Source: Raja brachyura (taxonomy: Eukaryota). Taken from it: a stretch of DNA of 64,000 bases. A model generated the notes under the pieces. It searched no databases and was not told the origin of the DNA. It saw nothing but the letters and a program-made list of their open reading frames with translations. Positions 26,246 through 39,721 of the stretch are shown here, one piece after another; the first letter of the stretch is position 1; each line of letters starts with the position of its first letter. A program made the position numbers and the translations under genes. The stretch covers positions 14,570,001 through 14,634,000 of the forward strand of contig OY740814.1 of assembly GCA_963514005.1 (NCBI GenBank), in the 5' to 3' direction.

Positions 26246-27459
26246 GCTTGTAAATTACTTTCCTCAGGTGGCTACCCATTTCCCTACCGATGAATGTTTC
26301 CTCTACCTATATAAACAGGCCGTTTTACTCCACACGCACACACATGTTGTATCTTTCATGCTTCCCTATGTAAATGCAAGCTTCCAGGCTGAGCCAACTA
26401 GAACAATCTCTCTCTATTTAGACCATCACAATCTTGAACATCCAGTCAAATCTCTTCCCTACTGTCCTTGCTCAAAGGAAAACTGCAGCTTCTCCAGTCT
26501 ATTCCTGGAACCATACTTGTGCATCTTCTTTAGGACCTTCACAATCTTTATCAAGTATAGCAACGATAATTTGGATGGAACACTCCAGTTGTGGCCCGCA
26601 AATCTGTTGCAATAATTCAAGCTGACCACTGCTTTTGTATTTTTGATATACCAATGAAGATCTAGCTTCCATATATTTTATTAAAGCACATGGATATGGA
26701 GAGCATGTACACTTGTTGGAGAATCTAGTACCTGGGGGGTACTGTTTAAAAATAAGGGACTCCTATTTAACACAGAGATAAGGCATCTTTGCTTTCAGAG
26801 GGTGGGGGTTAAGGTTTTTTTTTTAAAATCATGAAAATGACTTCCTCAAAAGACACGGAAGCAAACAATGTGAATAATTTTAAGGCAGCAGTAGATAGAT
26901 TCTAGATAAGCTTGGTAGTGGAAGGTAAGCAGTAATGGAGAGCTGAGTTTATAATCAGATCCGCCATGATGTTGGTTAATGGTGAGGAGTCTCGAAGACT
27001 GTAGCCAATTGTGCTCTAATTTCTACATTCATGTGTAGCAGCTTTGTATATATCCTTCTTCCCAGAGCTACCTTTTATTATGTGTTGGGAGTTCAAAATT
27101 CAAGAGGGAGAATCCAAGATATACACTTCTTAACAGGACTAACAAACTTGTAATAAGATGTGGTTGAATAATACCAAACTGCTATTTTTGTTTCATATCA
27201 TAATACATACTATTGCTGTGGCAGAATATGTTTTACTGCTCTCTATGACCTTTCAGGAAGCTGTATCAGATGTCTACGGTATTTTCAAAACATCAATGGA
27301 AATGCCATTCCAAAGCATGACAATGGAATGGTATGTTAAAGAGCTGAATTGCATTTCTAGTTTTGTGATTAGTAGGAAAGTAAAATAACGTGGAATAAAA
27401 ATAATACATCAATATCAGAGTTGTACTCCAAAGTGGTAACCAAAGAATATTGAACTTTA

Positions 27460-27573
<114 letters not shown>

Positions 27574-28732
27574 CTACAACAGAGAAGAGAGGGTTAAAAG
27601 CACAATCCCCAGATCAGCATCTCAGTATTTTCTGCAAAAATTTTCACTGCTCAAGTCCTGGGGATAGTAGAGAGGGCCGAGTGGTTCAGACATTGTAATC
27701 GAGGGAGGAGTGAGGATTATCACTGTTGTGGGAGGTGATGAGAAACCAGAGATAGTCATAGAAGGCAAATATTTGGTATAAAGCAGGCCTACATGAGGTT
27801 GGTTCCCAGCTCTGGATCCTGCAAGGCTGATACTCTTTAATTGGTGAACCCCATAAGTACTGTGAAAGCATGAGTACCTTGTGACATATATGGATGGATG
27901 GATCAAATAAAAATCACAAAATCCTGCCATTGGATGTAACTGTGCATATCTCGGCTCCTCCAGAAGAAAAACTGTAGATTTTGTACAACTCACGAAATCC
28001 CTGGTTTTACTGTATGATTGTTTAATTCCAATGGGGAAAGAAACAAAAATCAATGGAGTGCATGGAAGTGTAATATAACTCCGTCGACTGTTTCAATATT
28101 TAACGCTGCCTCAGGAGAGCAGTCAACATAATAAAGAACCGTTTCCACCCTGGTCATTCCCTCATCTTTCCTCGCCCGAGCAGTAGAAGATAAAAAAGCT
28201 TGACAGCATGTACCATCAGATTCAGTATTTTCAGGAAAAGCTTACTCACTGTTATCAGAGCACTTCCCTTCAGCTAGGGTGTAGTCCTGATCTCCCAACT
28301 TACCTCAATGCAACCCTTAAAAAAAAATTGTCACTTTCTCTGTAAGCGTGATGCTGCAACTATAATATTCAATCTGCTATTTTTCTCTTTGTACTACCCA
28401 TTGTCCGTGTATAAGGCTTAAGTGCATTCAAGATTTGACAGGATAGCGCACAAAAATGTTCACTGTATCTCTGTCCTCATGACAATACTGACCAGGGTGG
28501 AAACGGTTCTTTATTATGTTGACTGCTCTCCTGAGACAGCTATTAATATTGAGAGACTCCAGGCTATTATTTCAAATGTGAATAATCACCCAGCTTACCT
28601 AAATATTTCAATTAGGAAGACGTCTTAGATTAGAATTGAAAAAGAGTAGCAGTCTTGTCAGATAATTTGATTGACATACTAACAGCCAATTGTGATAAGA
28701 CATTTGCACACATGGGGGGTTGGGTTGTTCTT

Positions 28733-29037
28733 TGTAGTTTGCGATATACAGCATGGAAACATGCCTTTTGGCCCACCAAGTCCGCGCTGACCATTGATCA
28801 CCCATTCAAACTAGTTCTATGTTATCCTTCTTTCCCTACACATTAGGGGCATTTTACAGAGGCCAATTAACCTATTAAATCACACGCCTTTGGGATATGG
28901 GAGGAAACTGAAGCACCCGGAGGAACCCCAGGTGATCACAGGGAGAACTCCACACAAACAGCACCCAAGGTCAGGATTGAATCGGGTCTCTGGCGCTATG
29001 AGGTAGCAGTTCCGCCAGCTGTGCCATGGTGCTGCCC
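28733..29037 (-). mobile_element. tRNA-derived V-SINE (HE1-like)
   Basis: Reverse complement gives ggcagcaccatggcacagctggcggaactgc head, ggtttc/cctccca core and CR1-like tail. Confidence 0.75.
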
Positions 29038-29044
29038 TACATCA

Positions 29045-29353
<309 letters not shown>

Positions 29354-30545
29354 TCAATCCAATCCCACTTTAACTTTTTAGCATAGGAGAAACACTTCCT
29401 AAGATCCCAAGGCAAATGATTCATTCGAGTGTTTCATCTGGAATGTCTGAGTGTATGCAAAGCTTTTCCCTTTTGGGAATGGCATGAAGCAGAGGTAAAT
29501 CCCTGGGGAGAACAGTCTCAGATTTAATCAGGGCAATTCAGAAGTGGTTCGGACCTGAACTGGGCCTGGAATCCAGTTGACGGCCCCGGCCTGTTGTCAG
29601 TCTCACAACCTGTTGTCATTGACTGATGGACACTCCAGTGATGCTGCAAGGTTGTTGTGCCAAGGGTTTGTCCTGGACCATGACTGACTTTACAGGAACT
29701 CTACAGCTGGACTGAAATGTCCATACATGCTCCAGTCTGGTTCTGCATCCAGCAGATACCCAAAAGATCAGTATATCTCTTTGCTGGCCTCTACCATTTG
29801 TACTTCCTAATTTTCAAATACAGTCTTGCTGACCGTTGACCCAAAACATTAACTGTTTCTTCTTCCACAGATGCTGATTGACCTGCTGAGTGCTTCCAGC
29901 TTTTATTTTTCCATTTTGGTGTGTTGCTGATCTACATTGGTTTCCAGTCCCTCAGTATTAAAGTTCTTGTCCTGCTTTCCATGCCTGACCCCACTCTATC
30001 TTTGCAACCTGCCAAATATAAACCAACTCATGCACTTTGGTGCATTCTGATTACAAACCACAACCGCCCCCATCCACAGACACCTACCCAAACCCTCTTT
30101 CAGCCTATTCTTGTGGGCAACGGTGGGCCATCTCAGTTAACGTGCCAGGGATTTGTAAATTTGTCACCAAATTTAGAATTATATTTCTGAACCTTATTGA
30201 ACCTTCCTGCTAATTTATTCCTAGACTCTTTGAAATACCAATGTTTTTTTTCTCATTCTTAGAAAGCATATTGGGACATTATTGATATCACTGTTCCTAA
30301 TATTGTTAAAATGTCTGTGTGATTTCTCTTCCAAGCTTTTTACGATTTCACCCTACATTAGTAGTCATGCTCACCCATAATAACTGTAGAGAGATGCAAG
30401 CATTACTGGCAAGGAGGGCTCTATTCCTCATAAAAAGTGATGGAATAGACACCATAAGAGAAATTTCCTTTTCAATTACATTTCTCACCTCATTTCGTAA
30501 AGAAAGAACATTTATGATAGAACAATGAAAGGCAGATGTCTGTAC

Positions 30546-30666
30546 CTTCTTTACAAATACAGGTGCCATCAATAGGAGAACAAGTTGCACCATGCTTGCA
30601 GTTACAAGTGGATGAACAGTTGGACCCAAATTTACCAGGAGGGCACAAAGATGAGCAATCTTCCCC
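30546..30666 (-). CDS. MEGF11: MEGF11-like exon F, 121 bp
   Basis: attacAG/GTacag; [40 protein letters not shown](G). Confidence 0.93.
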
Positions 30667-31729
30667 CTGTAATGCAAAGGAAATGCATTTTGCCAGATAA
30701 AGATCAAATGTGTTATTTGAAAGTACATCAAGTTAGCCAACGTAATCCAAGCTATCCCACAGCAGTTGTCATGTTTTGTTAATTTTTTTCTAATGCACAA
30801 TGCAATCAGACACATTCTGTATTTATCCAAAAACTCAGCTGTTTATTTACAAGGCAGTACACAAATACATATGCTAGGCTTAAGCTCTGCTAAACTGTTT
30901 TATTGTTTGAGAAGTATATACACCACATGACTTTGATCTCCAAAAGGAGCACAGTGTAAACACACAGATAGATACAGAGAAAAGCTTTTTTTTGTGTGGA
31001 TAAGGATGCATTACATTCTGCTCTCCACTTTTGAAAAACAATAGCCTTTTATTATTCATTAATGCATTTTCTGACATTTATTGCCTATCACGATAAGGTT
31101 CAGTCAGATAGATGGGCGAATGTTGGAGGGGGCAAGCAGACAGCACAGCTTTCTCTTGTGGGTGTCCTCTCTCAAGCATGTTTACTGCTTCAGAAACAGT
31201 TGGGGCGAATGGCCCCTTGGGGAAAAGAGAGCTGTAGTGACTCAGTAGTTAGGGAGATGTAGTGAAAACAAACAAGACTACAGGATGATATGTTGCCTCC
31301 TAAATGCCAGGGTCTAAGATTTCTCCAAGCAGTTGCAGAACATTCTCAGGGGGAAGGGTGGGTAGCCCGAGGTTGTTATATATATTGGTACAAACCAGAA
31401 AGGGATATGTTTCTCCAAAACGAATATAGGGAGTTATGAAGGGTTGAAAGCAGGACCTCTCGGACTCTAATCTCCAGATTACTCCCAATGTCACCGGCTA
31501 GTGAGGGTAGAAATAGTAGGTTAGGGCAGATAACTACGTCGCTCAGGTTAAATGTAATTGTGTATGATTTTTTAATAGTTTGATATTTTGTGTAAAAGTA
31601 TGTTTTTGAACTTCAGAGACACTCACTAATTTTCAAGTTCCTTAACAGCTGGTTCAGCCTGAAAAGTGACTTAAATGGCAGCCAAAGTGCTTCTGTGGGA
31701 TTTACAACTGGGAAAAATTGCGAGCCCAT

Positions 31730-32640
31730 GAATCAAATACTAGAGGAAAGCTTTAAGGTGAAAGGGGTAATGTTAAAGGAGATGTGCAGAGCAAGTTTTT
31801 TTTAAAAAACAGTGGATGACAAATGCCTGGGGTGGGGGTGGGGATGGTGGTGGAGGCAGATACGATAGTGGGACTTAAGAGACTTTTAGAAGGGCACATG
31901 GATATGCAAGGAATAGAGAGATATGTTGGTCTTCGCATAGTGTTCGGCATAGACATTGTAATTTGAGGGGCCTGTTCTTGTGCGGTATTGTTCTATGTTC
32001 TAATACACCCCCTGTCCTGCCTGTCAATCAATTCTGAATTCACGGCAGCATATTAACACCTATCCCATGTGCCCTAACTTTACATAATTACCTCTTATGT
32101 AGAACTTTCCGAAATTCCAAACACACAACTACTGGTTCTCCGTTATCAATTCTCCAATTTACATCCTCAAACAGTCCTGTAGATATGTTCAGTTTGATTT
32201 TGTTGTGATAAACCCATGTTGACTTTGTCCAATACCGTTAATACTTTCTAAGTGTTCTGTTACTGTATCTTAACACATTCCAGCATTTTCCCCACTGCTG
32301 ACATTAGGTTAACTGGTCTGCAGTTCATCATTTTCTCCCTTATCCCTTTTTGTCAATGGTGGGGTTACATTTGTCATCCCTCAATCAAAATAAACTGCTG
32401 TGGAATCGGAAGAATTTCGGAAATTGATCACCAATGCATCCACTATTTCCAGGCCCACTTCCTTTATTACCCAGAGATGTAGATTATCAGACCCTGGGGA
32501 CTTGTCAGCCGGCAGACCCATGAATTTTCCAGACACAATTTAATACTCATACTGGAGAAGAAAGATCTTTGGTCAAATGGTAGCTTCCTGTCTTATCTGG
32601 GATTATATTTGTGCACTCCTTTGTGAAGACAGAACAAAGT
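31730..32640. mobile_element. Degraded CR1 fragments (plus 3' end ~31730-32000; minus RT ~32080-32640)
   Basis: Homologous to the CR1 copies at 154-1918 and 24798-26087. Confidence 0.7.
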
Positions 32641-33594
32641 ATGTGTATATTTGTTCTACTAATTCTTAATTTCAAATGATAATTTTGGCTGTGGGAAACC
32701 TCTATAATATCATCTGGGCAAATGTCCATCCACATCATTATAATGACTTCCTCCTTCACTAACAACATCTCATCACCTTGTTCCCTTTGGCTTGTCGTTC
32801 CTAATATCAAATACCCTAGTTATTTAGTGAACTGGGCATGGGAAATGACCATCCTGGGCTCAGTGCTGTTCACACAGTGACAAGGCATGGGATGCACCCT
32901 GATCTGGCCTCCATTGTACTCCTGACATCTGAGGGTAACAAAAAACTGACGAGGAAAATCACAATCATGAAAGCCTGCGCAATGCTGGTGAGAGAAATGG
33001 ACTTTTCAGGATAATCACCTTTCACTGTCGATTTTTTTTTCTCTCAAGAGAGAGACCGCCGGTTACATAATTTGAACATTTTCTGAGTTACTTTTTAGCA
33101 GTTGGGGGAAACAAAATGTTTTTTTTTTAACAAAACAAAATATTTAAACAAAATATGTTTTTTATATTGTTCTGTCTTTCTGGGGGAAATAAACCTGTTT
33201 AACAGAATTCTGAAACAAGATACATCAAGAGCAGTTCTGGCTGAAACAGTATTTCATATCTTAAATTATGTTATTGTTTGTAATTATTGAATGCCAGGCA
33301 GGCTTACTTTAACTAAAATTAGGGACTTGGTCATGAAAAATGACATGTGCAATGATGCATGGCAGAATCTGTTCTGCTGCTCTGACTTCATTTTATCAGG
33401 CGTCATGACGTTTGTTATTCAATAGCAAGTTTTCCGATTGAAGGACTATGTTGATGTTAATTCTCATCTAATTAATTCCTATGCACTTTTCAATGCTATC
33501 TTAAAAAACTGTTATATGTGTAAATAGTTTGATCTCCTAAGAAGAGGAAACAATGGTGGAGGAATTTCTTACCCAAGCCACCTAGCAACTAGAA

Positions 33595-33775
33595 GACATA
33601 GCGATGGAGTGGCTCAGCAGGTTAGGCAGCATCTTAGGAAAACATGGATAGATGACATCTTGGGTCAGGACTCCTCTTCAGACTGTTGTAGTGTTTGATG
33701 CTGTTTGACCCGCAGAGCTACTCCAGCACTTTGTGTATGTTGTAAACCAGCACCTGTAGTTCCTTGTTTTCACGT
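33595..33775. mobile_element. Degenerate palindromic Penelope-derived element
   Basis: ggagtggctcagcagg...cctcttcagac followed by inverted gatgctg...ctccagcactttgtgt...gttcctt. Confidence 0.6.
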
Positions 33776-35386
33776 AGGAACAAGCTGTGTAGCACCCGTG
33801 AAATTTTCTAATCACCTTGTTTAAAGTTCTGGCCACCCTGCTATAGAAAGGAAGGCATTATGCTGGCATAATGCAGAAAATATTAGTAAGTATAGGACAG
33901 GGGGACTTGTGTTAGAAAGAGAAACTGGACAAGCTGGCGTGTTTCCTCCTGTCACGTAGGAGGCCAAGGAGGTATATAAAATCTTAAAAATGTAGATAGT
34001 TTTTTTCCAGGATAGGAATTAAGGAGAGAGGGATATGTTGGATTTAAGAGCCTCTTCCAGTACAGCGTAATTCTATGCATCTATGTTCCTCCCTCTGTTC
34101 ATGGAGGAGAAACATTTCAAATAGTTTCTTCACCATGGATAACTAAAATTGCCAAAAGGCCACATGAAGAACCAACTGGTTAGGTGGCAACTGTAGAAAG
34201 AGAAACGGAGTTTGTCTCTCGTCCGAGACAAACAGACCCTTGTTACAGACTAGAACTGTTAACCCTATTTCTCCTGCCACAGATGTTGTCTGAACTGCTG
34301 CATATTTCAGATTGTCAGAATATGCCATTCTTGCTTTGTAGATCAACCAACCTTCCCTTGAGCGGGACACTCAGTTGACACTCTCGGAGTAAGTTTCTAA
34401 ATTGTCGGTATACAGAACACAAGAGGACTGAAGTATGAAAAGCCAACCAGTACACTAGCTCTTTTCCTATTGCATCCAGATATTGTGGTACCCTTGCTTT
34501 TGCTTTAAAAATCTCGACAGGTAAAATGAGCAGGCATCCCATCCACTACGCTAAACATTCCTTCTCTCAACTGCTGCTGCACAGAGGCTGCAATGTACAC
34601 CATCTGCAAAATACACAACAAATACTCTGATATCACCTTCCAACCACAACAATCCTCTATCTCCTAGACAGATTGAGCTATGTCCAAGGGGGAGCATCGC
34701 TACCTGCAGCACCCCCTCCAAACTGCACATCATCTTGATTTGGTAACATATCACCGGTCCTTCGTCATCATTAGGTTTAAATCCTGGAACTCCCTATCCA
34801 GCTGTATTATGGTTGTACCTTCAGCAGCATTTAAAAGGTAGCTGCTCACCAACATATTCTGAAGCGTAGTTAGGGATAGGCTAGAAATGGCAATTTTACT
34901 ATTGATCCCAATTCAAGAAAATGACTGAAAATAAAAGTCACCATTGAGGTAGAGAAAATGTCTACTATTTAAGTTTGCTTTTTCAAATTTAGCCATCTGC
35001 ATTATCCATTATTTTATGAAGACCATGCTGTTTAGGCATCCTATATGAGAATATGATCTGCATTAAGCAGCTCAACATGCAATTTATTGGTTTAAACATG
35101 AACTGCAGCAAAGAAATTGGGTAAGCAACCAGTTTCCAGGTCTCCATCGTAGCCATTCTTGAGTCAAATACTCCAAAGTTGGTGATGAGATGACACTCTT
35201 GTCATATTCGCTCTCCATCAATGATAAAATCTCAAGTTAGCACCGACTGGCAGTTGTGCAGTAGGAAAAGTTAAATACTCAATAAGTTACACACAGTATG
35301 GAGGAAGCACAGCACCTCCAATAACTAAACCAATGGGCCATTGGTTCTCTTCATTATCATCCAATGCATATAAATAAAACATTCAC

Positions 35387-35561
35387 CTTATATCCTGGAG
35401 CACAGGCACATTTGCCAGTGACACCATCACAATTAGCTCCATTCTGACAGACACAGATTTGCTGGCAGCCCTCTCCATGAAAGCCAGGGGGACACATCTC
35501 ATTGCAGTCCTGCCCAGTCCAGCCTGCTCTGCAGGAACATTCACCAGACAATGGATGGCAG
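35387..35561 (-). CDS. MEGF11: MEGF11-like exon E, 175 bp
   Basis: ttttcAG/GTgaat; [58 protein letters not shown]. Confidence 0.93.
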
Positions 35562-36172
35562 CTGAAAAGAGTATCAAAGAACCAACTACATAATCCTCAA
35601 TTTAATTAATTGATCACATAAGAAGCAAAGTTGTTTTATTCAATAAAACAATCAAAGAAAACATCAACAAACTCCAATCGCAATCCGTGTTAATTCAGAG
35701 TTAACGTTAATCACTGGAATGGGGTTTGTAGGAACCAATAACTGAAGGGTTCTTATAAGGAATTATAGTTGATTTGTTAACCTATTACTGCTGATATTTT
35801 GAATATTTTAAATGGAACTGCAATAACCAATGGAATATCAGGGAAAGAAGCTTCATGTGCTATTTCCAAGCCTCATACCCCTGGCTGTTGGTACTGTATG
35901 GTGGGTGCAACTATAAAATTACACAAACATGCAGGAAATGATAGAAAATGAGACATTCTGTCCAATTTTAAAACGTTTATCTGTCCGAATGATTATTTCT
36001 CCAAAAGCAGGCAGAACATGGAGAAAAGCAGATTTGGATTTTTGCATCAAAGTCATTGTGCATGTGCGGACTGACTGGTTGAGATATCTTTTGACACCAT
36101 GGAAAACAAATTAGTTAAAGAAATTTACCAGCATAACAAATTAGTAAATTGTTCTTCTTGGACTGTTATTAC

Positions 36173-36385
36173 CTTTGGGTATGTTTGCCATTGCAAGGAC
36201 ACTGTTTATTGCACTTTAGTCCATACAGCCCATCTGGACACATTCTGTCTTGGCAACGATCACCAGTAAATCCTGGCTTGCAAAGACATGCTCCATTAAC
36301 ATGATAACATTCAGCTCCATTCTGGCACTCACACCTTTGGGCACACTGCAAGCCGTAACTGCCGATAGGACACTCCTCCTGACAC
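36173..36385 (-). CDS. MEGF11: MEGF11-like exon D, 213 bp
   Basis: catatAG/GTaata; [70 protein letters not shown](S). Confidence 0.93.
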
Positions 36386-36631
36386 CTATATGAAGCAAAA
36401 CATGTAGAGAGTTACAACGAGGAGATGAAGTCCTACAAGGATTAATTTTCACTACACTAAATAAATACATGTTTTTCATACCAGTTAGCTTACAGAGCAT
36501 CTACATTTACTTTGTGTGAAATGCATGCTATGAAATCGCTCGACTGGGATAGCTTTAACAGAAGAATTGATTTGTAGGTCAAGTAAAGAGCATTTATTTG
36601 TCAAATGCTCTGGATAAGAACCAGAACAAAT

Positions 36632-36892
36632 ATACAATAAATAAGCAGTTATTCTGGGTAAAGCCGTCCTTGATATTGCAAAAAGAAAAGTACCTATAGC
36701 AACCATAGTGGTGCAAAGTGGTTCAACGATGAGGTAGGATTGTGGATAAGGTTGTGCAGGATATTTTAAGCACCTTATCCACAACCCTACTTCAACGTTG
36801 AACCACTTTGCATCACCAAGGTTGCTATAGGTACTTTTCTTTTTGCAATATCAAGGACGACTTTACCCAGAATAACTGTTTATTTATTGTAT
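36632..36892. repeat. Fold-back inverted repeat, 121-bp arms, 19-nt spacer
   Basis: 36632-36752 is the reverse complement of 36772-36892 with 8 mismatches and no gaps. Confidence 0.92.
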
Positions 36893-37040
36893 TAAAGAAG
36901 GAACTGCAGATGCTGGAGAATCGAGGGTTACACAAAAAGCTGGAGAAACTCAGCGGGTGCAGCAGCATCTAAGGAGCGAAGGAGATAGGCGACGTTTCGG
37001 GTCGAGACCCTTCTTCAGACCTCAGGTTTTTTGTGTAACC
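36893..37040 (-). mobile_element. Short Penelope-derived element with hammerhead
   Basis: 17-bp TSD CTGTTTATTTATTGTAT at 36876-36892 and 37041-37057; remnant of the inverted arm at ~37025-37041. Confidence 0.9.
36987..37022 (-). ncRNA. Minimal type I hammerhead ribozyme (Penelope-type), predicted
   Basis: AGGU-CUGAAGA-A-GGGUCUCGACCC-GAAA-CGUC^-GCCU: stem I AGGU/GCCU, stem II GGGU/ACCC, palindromic ACGU in place of stem III, GUC triplet. Confidence 0.75.
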
Positions 37041-37079
37041 CTGTTTATTTATTGTATCTTTGTGGGACATATCTTCGGA

Positions 37080-37810
37080 GACATGTATGCCCAGGAAACT
37101 AAGCCATCGACTCTTTCCACCACCGACTCACCAATGAGGACAAGTGCATGGTCTCTCACCATTTCCTTCCTGAATTCCACAATTAGCTCTTTGGTTTTGC
37201 TAATGTTAAGAGCAAGATTTTAATTTTGGAACAACTCAACCAGATTGGCAATCTCTCTCCTGTACTCTGCCTCATCATTACCCGTTATTCATCCAATGAC
37301 GGTGGCATGGTAGGAAAATTTAAAGATAGCATTGGAGCTGTGGCTAGCTATGCAGTGATGGGTATAGAGAGAGTAAAGTAGGGGACTAGGCACATGGCCC
37401 TAAGCAAGATTGAGGTGTTACCAATGCGTCCTGATTAAGGTCTGCCTATGAGGAAGTCAAGGAACCAGTTGCCTTGGGAGGAACAGAGACCCAGTTTCCT
37501 TAGTTTGATCATGAGTTTGGAAGGGATGATGGTGTTGAACGATAGTTGATGAAAAACAGCCTGAAGAACATGTTCCTGTAGTCCAAGTGATTCAGGGCAG
37601 AATACAGAACTCATGAGATCACATCCGATGTTGACCTGTTGTGGTGGTAGGTAAATTGAAGTTTGAAGGTATGTCGCGTCCTCTCTTCAATCAAGCACTG
37701 ATAGTATTGAACTCATTTGAGAGTAATACGATACTGTCTCTTGAACTACTTGGTTTAGCCTTGTAAGAATTGATGGCATGCAAGTCCTGCCACAGTTGCT
37801 GAGCATCCAG
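37080..37810 (-). mobile_element. Degraded Rex1-type LINE fragment
   Basis: Reverse complement resembles NLALNISKTKELIVEFRK and NWFLDFL; boundaries approximate. Confidence 0.65.
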
Positions 37811-38079
37811 TTTTGTCTGGAAATAATGGGTACCAATATTAATACTTCAACCTCATCAGACAATGCAATTCCGAGAATAATCCTCTTCTCAAGTGGGCCC
37901 TCAGAATAAACGATGACTTGTTTCCAATCAATTTCCAAGGATTATGAAAAGGCAGATGAGCATTCTGGGACCTTTTCATTCTGCTGTTGGTGTCGGAAGT
38001 ACCTGGGAGTTTGTGCAGTTGTTTGGGAGGTGATGTGTTCCTTCCACTAATACTAAACTAGGCGCTGATTTAAAATTTG

Positions 38080-38575
38080 ATGGGATTGTGAGTACAATGA
38101 ATGATGTACAGATGCTTCAAGGGGATATCAACAAGTTTAATGAATAAATGAAAACAGGGCAAATAGAATATAAAGTGAAAAAATGTGAGTTCATCCACAA
38201 AAGCAGTTGGTCAGTATTGGGCATGGGTAATGTTGCTGTTTAAAAGGACTGTTTTTTTTAGGAACTTTGCTGAATTTGAACAAGTAATTAGGAGGGCAAT
38301 TATATTATTTAGTATGAAAAGGTTTGTATCGAGAAGTAAATAAATCTTATTGTAATTATATAGAGCTTTGGTGAGACTGCGCTTGAACTATTACGAAGTT
38401 TTGGTCTCCTTACTGAAGAAGGATATACTTGCCATAGAGTGCAGCAAGAATTCACTAGATTGGCTCAAGGAAGGTAGGTTGGATGAGGAATTCACTAGAC
38501 TGACGCTCAATTTTTTATAATTTAGAGGGATGAGAGGAGATCCAATTGAAACTTTAAAAATTCTTAAAGGTTGTT
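38080..38575 (+). mobile_element. Highly degraded CR1 fragment
   Basis: ttatatagagctttggtgagactgcgcttgaactatt...ttttggtctccttac motif. Confidence 0.65.
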
Positions 38576-39605
38576 AGATCTAGCAGGGTATTTCAGCTGA
38601 CTGACTGAGGCGCTATAGGGACTGAAGTCAAGTCAAGTCAAGTTTATTCGTCACATACACATACGGGATGTGCAGTGAAATGAAAAGTAAGGAAAAATGT
38701 ATTTACTCAGATGTAATGGACATGTTTGAAGGAAACATTATCAGCTGAAAATATCAAGGATTAAGATTACCTTGTGTATTTTATCAGTAAAACCCTTCTG
38801 CCTGTTGAAGTTGAAGTCAGATATGGTTGTTCAGGCCGTAAACAAGCAGGACTGCTATGTGAAATATGGGGCCATAATCCCACTGAAACACCATCTTTCT
38901 TTACTCTTCATTGCAACCCAAGGTCTTAACAATAGTAGATTGAAAGCCGTCTTAGGTCTCCACGAGTGCTTAGATCAATACCAGAAAGTGACTGATAGAC
39001 CTGGCCATGAAACCAACAGGCGCAGAGAGGGAAAGGGAATCTCCATGTGTGTTGGATGCTAGGGCCTAATGAGTGCAGAAGCAACCAATCAATCATTTCT
39101 ATGCATCTGGATTTATAGACAGATGAAGGGTAACGCATTAATCATTGGTAAAACTGTACTGTCTTGCCCAAGTTTGCACAAAGTAAGGATGATCCCGGTA
39201 TCACAATTGAGAGAGGATTCCGAGAACACTGCTGGGGCAGGATGGAGGATTGACAGACCTGTGTGCAGGTTAAACAGAATTCTTGTGTAGACCTCAATCA
39301 GACTCTGTTGAGATTGATTATTAAAATCCACAAAAGCGGGTGATGAACCTTTGGAGTGCCCTATCCCAGAGGGCTGTGGTGGCTCAATCACTGGGTTCAT
39401 TTAAAACAGAGACCAGAAGATTTCTGGCCATTTAGGAAATAAAGGAATATAGAAATACTGTTGGAAAATGGCACTTGGGTAGAAGATCAACCATGATCTT
39501 ATGAACGGTGGAGCAGATGGTCAACTCCTGTTTCTTATGGTCATTCTGAGCTTCTATGTGCTCCTGATAAATGGTTTTCAACCCCAACCGAAATGCTCCA
39601 TTTTC

Positions 39606-39721
39606 TTAAAGAAGGAACTGCAGATGCTGGAAAATCAAAGGTACACAAAAGTGCTGGAGAAACTCAGCATCTACGGAGCGAAGGAAATAGGCAACGTTTT
39701 GGGCCGAAACCCTTCTTCAGA
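39606..39721 (-). mobile_element. Short Penelope-derived element, hammerhead core mutated (GAAA to AAAA)
   Basis: Same family; direct repeat CCATTTTCTT at 39598-39607 and 39722-39731. Confidence 0.8.
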
